From contig OX597817.1 in assembly GCA_951406725.2 (NCBI GenBank), positions 127,162,001 to 127,226,000 of the forward strand: DNA of 64,000 bases, in the 5' to 3' direction. Shown one piece after another: positions 55,395 through 64,000 of the stretch; position 1 is the stretch's first letter; every line of letters begins with the position of its first letter. The DNA is from Octopus vulgaris (taxonomy: Eukaryota). Both the position numbers and the translations under genes were made by a program. The notes below the pieces were generated by a model that had not been told where the DNA came from, searched no databases, and saw nothing but the letters and a program-made list of their open reading frames with translations.

Positions 55395-55845
55395 TATAAT
55401 TATTATCATTTTTAACCACCATTAGCATTATCACAATCATTATTATTATTTCCATTTATTATTAGAAGGTATTATTGAATGTTGTTTAGTTTCAACTTTT
55501 GTATTGTACTTGAGATGATCATAAATATGTGTGTGTTTAAGGGAATAGTAAGAGTAAGATAGACCGCTTGGTGAATAGATTAAATACCACAGGTCTGTAA
55601 ATAGATTCGTCACATGGTGAAGAGATCAGAAATGGGCATCCATGTGCGATAAGGAGACAAATGCGGCCTCACACACTTGGGGTCAGCAGATGTCAAATGT
55701 ACTTACTACTACTAGCGATGAATGGGAGCGTTGACCTTGGACTTGAAAAGTACGAATTCACCATGTTCTATTTTTAATGATTATATATATATACTGATGT
55801 TCACCTCGCTGAATTTTTGAATTTCTGAATTCATTATTATTGTAA

Positions 55846-55903
<58 letters not shown>

Positions 55904-56335
55904 CATCATCATCATCATTATTATCATCATTATCATCATCATCATCATCATCACCATCGTCGTTATTTCCGAAGCAGTGAACTGATAGAATAGACTAACC
56001 CCTCTTTCTTAAATTCCAGGCTTTGTGACTACACTTTAAGGAAATATATTTATTGATGTTTTTGCTGCAGTTATTGTCGATGTTATTTTCTACTTCTGCA
56101 GACATGTTTTTTCCCTTGGCTGTTGGCTACTCATTCATTTATTTTTCGAAAGATTTTCAGAGAAAAAGATTATAGTTTAAAATGCTTATTTTGTCTTTAC
56201 AAATCCGTGAGTTTAATGCAATTTATTCTCACTATATTTGAAAAATAAACGAATTATATTGAACAGTTTATTCTATTTTCGTTCGAGTATATGGATTAAT
56301 ATTTCACAATACAATGGATTAATATAATATAAATG

Positions 56336-56403
<68 letters not shown>

Positions 56404-56424
56404 TGTATACACACACACAGACAC

Positions 56425-56475
<51 letters not shown>

Positions 56476-56734
56476 GATATGTATGTATGTATATATGTAG
56501 ATAGGTAGGTAGGTAGGCAGGTAGGTAGGTAGGTAGTTAGGTAGGTAGGTATTGTGAGAAATATATTAAAATTGTTTTTGCACAAAATTATTTCATTTTT
56601 ACTTGGAACAAAAAATTAACTTGTTTCTTGTTTTGATGTAGTTCATAATAGCATAAATGGAAATGGTTAATACTATCCGTAAACAAATTATAAATATAGA
56701 AATAACTGTGAATGAACAGAAAAGAAAACTACAT

Positions 56735-56953
56735 AACCAAGTTTGCTTTACAAGCCGACATACAATTTTCAAAGTCAGAAATTATAAGCTTATAGTTTTC
56801 GGAATGTTTGAGCAAGAGGAACAACAACTATCATTGCCACCTCCACCCAGACAGAAATTTCGTTGTCTGAGAATTGCCCAAAATAATTTCTATCATCTCT
56901 GTATGTCTTGCCTGAATTACCTTCAAACTTCACCCATTGAAGTGCAGTTCTAA
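56735..56953 (-). pseudogene. Decayed Cys-containing extracellular-module exon candidate
   Basis: Phase-1 acceptor ccattgtttcag; RTALQWVKF...SVWV / GGGND..SC / SDFENCMSACK needs two frameshifts. Confidence 0.22.
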
Positions 56954-59900
56954 CTGAAACAATGGTAAAATTCAATTCATAAATAATCTATCACTTTACC
57001 CCATGAATTCATTCAAGTGTGGGCAAAACGAAAAACCGGTACACGTTTGTCTTATGAAATATGGGCGGTTATATTGTCTATACATTTAACAGACAAGCTG
57101 AAAGTAGATCTCGCATGTATGTGAGAGACTATTTTATAAACGCACGAACATAAACATTTTAGTTTCATCTGTTTGATTATCAAACTGAGGAAATATGCCG
57201 CAGCCAGTTATAGATTGTGCAGGAAACATTTGCAACTAAGTTCAGCTTAGTTAAATTGGGCTATGGAATAGAATAGTAATATGAACTCATATCACGTTGT
57301 AGTTTTGTAAAACAACATGTGTTGGTGATGAGTGGGTGATGAGCACGCAAGCAGTAAGAAACAATGTTCACTTGTGGGGGGGGGGGGGGTCAGTAACGAC
57401 TTGTAATCCGTTTTGACATAGCAGAACGAAAGACTGTTTCAGAGATGTCCTTTCATTGCAGAAATTAATTAAAAGTAATGACTTACAGTGATAACAATTG
57501 AAAAGGACGACTGCAATAGTCTGAAACAAAATGCTTTCATTCATTGTCTCATAGATACAATACGAGAGTTATTATCATGCAGATAATTCAGTGTCAATAT
57601 TTGAATGCTTTTAGGCTTCCTTTTATTCATCTTTTCAAAGATTTGCCCGTGTTTAGATTGAACTGAGGATAACAATAATCTTCATTAAGTGATTTTGTAC
57701 TTTCATTATTATTATTTTTACTAAAATTATTGTTATTATTTTTGCTTGTAGTGATGATAATAATGATGATGAAGGAGTTCGCAATAGTAGGAATTGTGGA
57801 AATATTTCTGCTTAAACTCTAAAGGTATTTGGCTCCATCAACTGTTTTCTTCTCGTAATTTCGGAATATGTGCTAAAAAGTATCCTAAACGTGTGGGTAT
57901 TTTGTGTTATGAACTTAAATATAATGTTTTATATTCTTTATTTATTTTTTTTTTTTAATTTAGGTTTTTCTAATCATGAATAAATTGTACTCAATATCTA
58001 CTACAAACGAACACGCCTCTAAATACCTTTAAAATAAAAAGATCTCTCACACACAATATTTTACTGTCATAAAACTATGGAAAACTTATTCATATAATGG
58101 GAACAAAATCTACGACTATATTGAAGAAAAAAATCACATACGCACTCTAATATAAAGAAACTAATAATGTGTTTTCTAACAATGATTGCAAGACTCGAGA
58201 ATTAGTTGGTTGGTAAAACAGAGAGTAGGGTACAGTGGCACACTTGTGTGACAAAGGAAGATGCGATCCTAACATAACATCATGTTAAGGAATAAAAAGG
58301 AAAAAAGGATGTATACCTGTCTCATTTATCATACAGTACATCCATTGTAAGGACAAAAAAATAGTTACAGGCAGTGCTAGCTGGAACTTGGAGGAATATT
58401 ACTTCAGTTATCCGATGCGAAGCGTTCGCTTTTACAGAAATTAAACCGAAGTACGCGAAATAGTTACGTATATTTCTTGCACACCTGTTCTTGTACGACA
58501 ACAATTATGGCGACAGAATACCAGTGTCAGGATCAAGAGTGTTGGAAACTATTAAGGCTATTGGTTAGTTGCGATTTATTTTTTAAAAATTATGCTTAAA
58601 TAGTAAGGAAGTAGGGTGGGCTTTCAACAGTCCTTCCAGTTTGTGCAGATTGCAAAATATAGCTGGAACTGTACCCAATCATGTATGCATAAACAAGAGT
58701 GATGAGATTAGAAGATCACGAGAAACCAAACACAGTAGCACTACATTTTTCCTATCATAGGAAGCAGTGGTACATCATCTTTTCATGAGTAAGAAGGGAT
58801 GGTAATTTTAAAATTCTAATGTATCGATAAAGTTATTTAAGAAGAAATGAGTGAGAAGCTGATTTTGATGAAAACGACTTTAGATTCAGAGCCCTTTGAA
58901 AGACAAGGTGTAAAAAACGATAACGGGGATGCAATTCGATTAGTAGATAATAAATATGCTCATCAGCACAATGCAAAGAGTACCGAGAATATGACATTAA
59001 CCTCAAACTTATACTGATAATAACTATAATAATATTACCTTACCGCTAGCTAAAGCAGGATTATCAAGTTGATATGAATGGTTCTTTTGTTTTTCATTTC
59101 TGTATATGTAGAAAGAAGCCACTGGATGCATCCGGTCTGTAAACTCTAAAATATATCTCTTTATGTACGTTTTTAATGTGAGAACTTGCATAAATCACTA
59201 TGTTTATATAATACACCATACATTTTTACTGAGTTATTATTTGTATATTATCATAAATTTCATATATTCCTATCCTTATACTGTGTAACATTTTTTATTC
59301 CACGCAGCCTGATTCTTGCCGAGGTATTAAGTCGTCAGAAATTCGAATTCAGTAACCTGTTGAAGATTTGTGACAAGAAGATTTGTGACAAGCGATGACG
59401 TCTTCACTTTAGAGCGAGAGTTGGAAGGAACTAGTCAGTTCCAAATACTTTCAGTACGTAGACTACTCTGTATAACTTCCTGAAATACTTGGTCTGCCAT
59501 GCTGCCAGTTCAAGATTAACTCAACATGTATGGAAGTACAGTGGAATCAGACAAACAAAGATGCTCACAGAACAATGAAGCTCTTCTAAAGGCACTCGTA
59601 CATGGCTTACATATGTATCTGTTGAAAACTGTACTGTAATGTGGGAAAACAAATACCGTTATCAGATGAGGAACCTGTCAACACAGTGTTATCGTTTGCT
59701 TCCAACTAGAGGACAAACAGGTAGTTCCCTTCGCCTCATGAAGTGGTGGCCGACGTGCAAAGAATTGAGGAAGGATGCCTATGGAGGAAAAGGAAGTGAT
59801 CCACTCAAGGCAGTTTGATAAAAGTTGGGTGATTATAGCAAAAATGATAACAAAGTAAGGAACTTTTTAAGCTCGGATCGACAGGTTGGAGAATAACAGC

Positions 59901-60295
59901 TAGGAGAGAACAGCTGCCCAAGATAGGTGTGATGAACTTGGACCAGTCGAATCTCTAATTCATCCTTGTCAGGAGAACTGCGTCATACATCATTGGTAAA
60001 TTATATATAGATATTTTTTTAAAATCTGATTTAAGGTGAAAAAAAACCCTTAACTTCATATTAACCGATTTTCGAAATATCACCTTCCTTGTACACCCCA
60101 CTTACATCGTAGTCCAGCGATAACAGGTGTTCCAGTTTTGGGTGTCGAGAACAATAATGTACAATAAACCATTTATTTTGGAAGATATGATGTTTTGTGA
60201 TACAATCATACAATTAGTTGTTTTTGCAGCACGTTAAGCGAAGATGTTTGTTACCGTTTAAAGAATATTATCGGAAACGAATCGCTCATTTTCTT

Positions 60296-60326
<31 letters not shown>

Positions 60327-60361
60327 TCATCTATCTGTCTCTATCTATCTGTCTCTATCTA

Positions 60362-60404
<43 letters not shown>

Positions 60405-60630
60405 CTATCTCTCTTTATCTCTCTTTCCATCACATTCTCTCACCCTTTCTCTGTCTCTCTTTGTCAATCTATTTACCGTTCTCTCTCTCATCTTTTTCTT
60501 TTAAACGTAGACTACATAGACTTTCGTGTCTTTGATGTAGTTGAGTGAACGAGCAGTTAATTCCTTACATCAGTACAGAGGTCGCATTTAAAGACAATGC
60601 GAATTTGTCGTACATAGGGAAGGAGAAGAA

Positions 60631-61016
60631 GGTGGCTGTGTGAAAAAGTAGCTTGCTTGTCAACCACATGGTTCCGGGTTCAGTCCCACTGCGTGGCACC
60701 TTGGGCAAGTGTCTTCTACTATATCCTCGGGCCGACCAAAGACTTGTGAGTGGATTTGCTAGACGGAAACTGAAAGAAGCTCGTCGTATATATCTTTATC
60801 TATATGTGTGTGTTTGTCCCCCAACATCGCTTGACAACCGATGCTGGTGTGTTTACGTTCCTGTGACTTAGCGGTTCAGCAAAACAGACTCATAGAATAG
60901 AATAAGTACTAGGCTAACAAAGAATATGTCCTGGGGTCTATTTGTTCGACTAAAGGCGGTGCTCCAGTATGGCCGCAGTCAGATGACTGAAACAAGTGAA
61001 AGAATGAAAGAATGAA
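60631..61016 (+). mobile_element. CORE-like tRNA-derived SINE (family of 42398)
   Basis: Colinear with 42398-42784; (TGAAAGAA)n tail. Confidence 0.88.
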
Positions 61017-61174
61017 ATAATACCGTGATCATAACATAATCATGATCTTTGTTATTGCTGTTGTTAGTAGTCGTAGTAGTTTTAGGAACAGCGGCTGCGG
61101 CGTCGGTGGTGGTGGTAAAATACTAATAACAAAAAGAATATTATTATCATTACTATTATTATTATTACAAATAG

Positions 61175-61211
61175 TAGTAGTAGCAGCAGCAGCAGCAGTG
61201 GCAGTAGTAGT

Positions 61212-61266
<55 letters not shown>

Positions 61267-61284
61267 CATCAGCAGCAGTAGCAT

Positions 61285-61330
<46 letters not shown>
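61175..61330. repeat. (AGT)n/(AGC)n microsatellite
   Basis: Direct reading. Confidence 0.95.
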
Positions 61331-61331
<1 letters not shown>

Positions 61332-61508
61332 TGAGGATATTCGATATTAAGTTTTGTGGCTTCAACTATTGATAGAAGTGATGTATGCGAAATATTCTAT
61401 GTAGTTCCATTAATCTCTTTACACCGATTACACAAACAAAACACGCAGACAAGCTCTCACACACACACAGAGACGCACACACCTACATATAGTTACATGT
61501 GTGTGTAC

Positions 61509-61541
<33 letters not shown>

Positions 61542-63860
61542 TGTATATATATTGTACATATACTGTGTACATACAAATAAATAAATAAATATATATATAT
61601 ATATACATATATATATACATATATACTTAAAGTGAATGAATCGATTGTAATTAAACACAATGTGCTGTTTTCAATATTGTTAGTTATTAGTAATGCTTTT
61701 CAGACACTAAGAAATAAAACGATTTCTCTGTTTCCTTTCAGTAAAGATTATACGTTCCTATTCATTGAATTTTAAAATTTAATATTTTATTTCAATCATA
61801 CAATTTAATTGGTCCTTAACACCACTACAGCTCTTGGGAATTTTACCCTCTTTTATTCTCCCCAGCCTGCTGTTTTATGTGTAATGTTTCGTTATTTATT
61901 TTGTTTCAATTAAAATACATTAAATGAAGTGTAAGACACTAGTTGTGTATTTATATATGTTTGAGCTTCTATGGTTGCTTATAGTAAATTCTAATTCGGA
62001 AAATCGAAATAAATATTCTTTTAAGTTAATTTGTTTTATATAGCGATAGAATGTTTCCATTTCAGCAGTAGGTGAAAGGATTTTCTTTTTCTTTTTTTTT
62101 TTTTGTATTTTGCAACGGTTGTACAACCCATGAACCAGTAAACAAAACAGATGCTAAAAGGGATCTCAGTATGTTATATCTAACACTCTAACCTTTACGA
62201 GATCAAAAGAGTCAGGCTTATAACGAGAAATGAAAGAAACAATTCATGACAGCGTAGGGTTGTGCACTGCCTGAATAATAATGAATAATGATCAACAGTT
62301 AAATGTATTTTATAACCAATCAGTATTACCACTGATGACCTACGCCTAAAGAAAATAGCAACACACTGAGGATCAATAGAGCCGTATAACCCATTATGAC
62401 AATTTCATAAAAATTGTCGTAAGTATCGAGAAATTATCGGAAATTTATCTAACATATTCCTAACACGTTTCTGTGTGACAAAACCCGTAGTGTCAAGCGT
62501 GCATATCAAGAAATTATTTGGTCCGGTTCTCGGCTCAATTTTCTATTGAATGTATCTCCAATTATCTGTTCTTAAATCTAAAATATTACATAAAATATAA
62601 ACGGAAAACTTGTTCCAATAATTTGAGAAATATTTGAAATTGTAAATGCTTTTCACTGCAGTTTGTTAAGGATACAAAATTCAAATTCTTGTAACAAGAA
62701 AAATAAAAGTTAAAAACTAATGTCACCTCAAAGAGATGTCTGTTTGACTGCTGGATGCATTTCGGACTTACTAACTCTCTTCAGCACCATATACTGAGTG
62801 TGGCAACGCTGAGATGACTAGAAAGCTTTGCTTCAGTTACCTTATGTCTGTCGATGCTTTTAATTCTCAGTGTATTCTAGCTGCCATGCATCAACAAATT
62901 CGTTAGTAGATTTGAGAAGCAATGGCGGAACGAATTCTAAAGTAGAGCCATCTCAAATGTGTTTGTGAGGTGTTTGAACCTGTAAAGGATTTTCCCTGCA
63001 ATTTGACGAGGATAAGACGTCTCACTTTCCACGATAGACTGCAGTGAAATATCTTTATAATATTGTCTGTTTCACAACAAAGAACGATATATTTTCTGTT
63101 AAGCTCTGAGGTGTTTCTCTTGGTTTCTAGAGCTGAAGGGAACTAATAATTTGACATTCATCCCACAGACAAATGCAAGTAAAAATCTGAACCACGGTGT
63201 TTTAAAACGTTTTGACATTTCTCCGATAACATATGTATGTATGTATTTATCTATACACATACACACTCGTGCACACACACACACACACATAGAGAAAGGT
63301 AGAAGATAGATAGAATGATAGGTAGATAGATTGATACAGAGGGAGTGAGAGAGAATAGAGTCTTCGACACACTTTCATAGAACGATAGACACAAAAACCT
63401 ACATACACATTCAAGCACATGTAAATAAGAACATTCGCAAAGACTTGGATTTGTTTAGGCGTATACTTAAAATAGCAAGCGATCGAAAAATAAATGTATA
63501 AAAACAAATGTACGATAATCAAAGCAGCGTTCCGTGTACAGAAGCGTAAGCAAACGCAGAATATCACATGAGATGTTCCACAAACACACATATCTTGCAC
63601 TTCGCACATATGCAGTGTCATCAAGGCATAACCTTTCTATTTCAGTTAAAACACTATAGTCATGATTCTATATTGAAGACTAAGCAAAATTATTTCTTTA
63701 TTTTAACGTCTATAGTTGAAGACAAAGGTAAAAACCATTATACACGTGGGTGCTTGTGTATGCAATCATGTACACGTGTATATGTATATAGATTTGTGTG
63801 TTTGTGTGAATATACACATGTATGCATGTGCACATATACGCAAAGCTTATACACACACAG

Positions 63861-63917
<57 letters not shown>

Positions 63918-64000
63918 TATGTCGCATTCCAAATCGTAATCTAGTCGCTCAAAATTGAATACATTTTTGTCTGCTAAAAGACCAGAGGATTGCCAATATG

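Noticed and set aside
59300-59990. Possible decayed RTE-like LINE
   Set aside because: Only faint motif resemblance (EEPVNTVL); not supportable by eye.

Overview
AT-rich, microsatellite-saturated eukaryotic DNA. From the SINE types and repeat landscape I infer a coleoid cephalopod, probably Octopus; this is not verified. I found no intact protein-coding gene: nearly all listed ORFs are translations of (TA)n/(CA)n/(AAT)n/(GA)n repeats. The window holds several tRNA-derived SINE families, two CR1-like LINE fragments, an internally deleted R4/Dong-type element, a decayed Helitron Pif1 helicase plus a non-autonomous Helitron, Tc1/mariner-type MITEs, a 5S rRNA pseudogene and Penelope-like remnants. 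The main unexplained structure is about 10 type-I hammerhead ribozyme (HHR) motifs in several unrelated short repeats. These include a 364-365 bp tandem array (26.6-27.85 kb) with one HHR per unit that looks like a retrozyme, a U3-A8 core variant, and a tRNA-headed SINE with an HHR tail. A recurrent signature accompanies them: insertion into (TA)n plus an inverted duplication of neighbouring DNA. Weak traces of decayed C-type-lectin-like and Ser/Thr-rich exons run along the minus strand. All alignments, folds and translations were done by eye, so coordinates are approximate.
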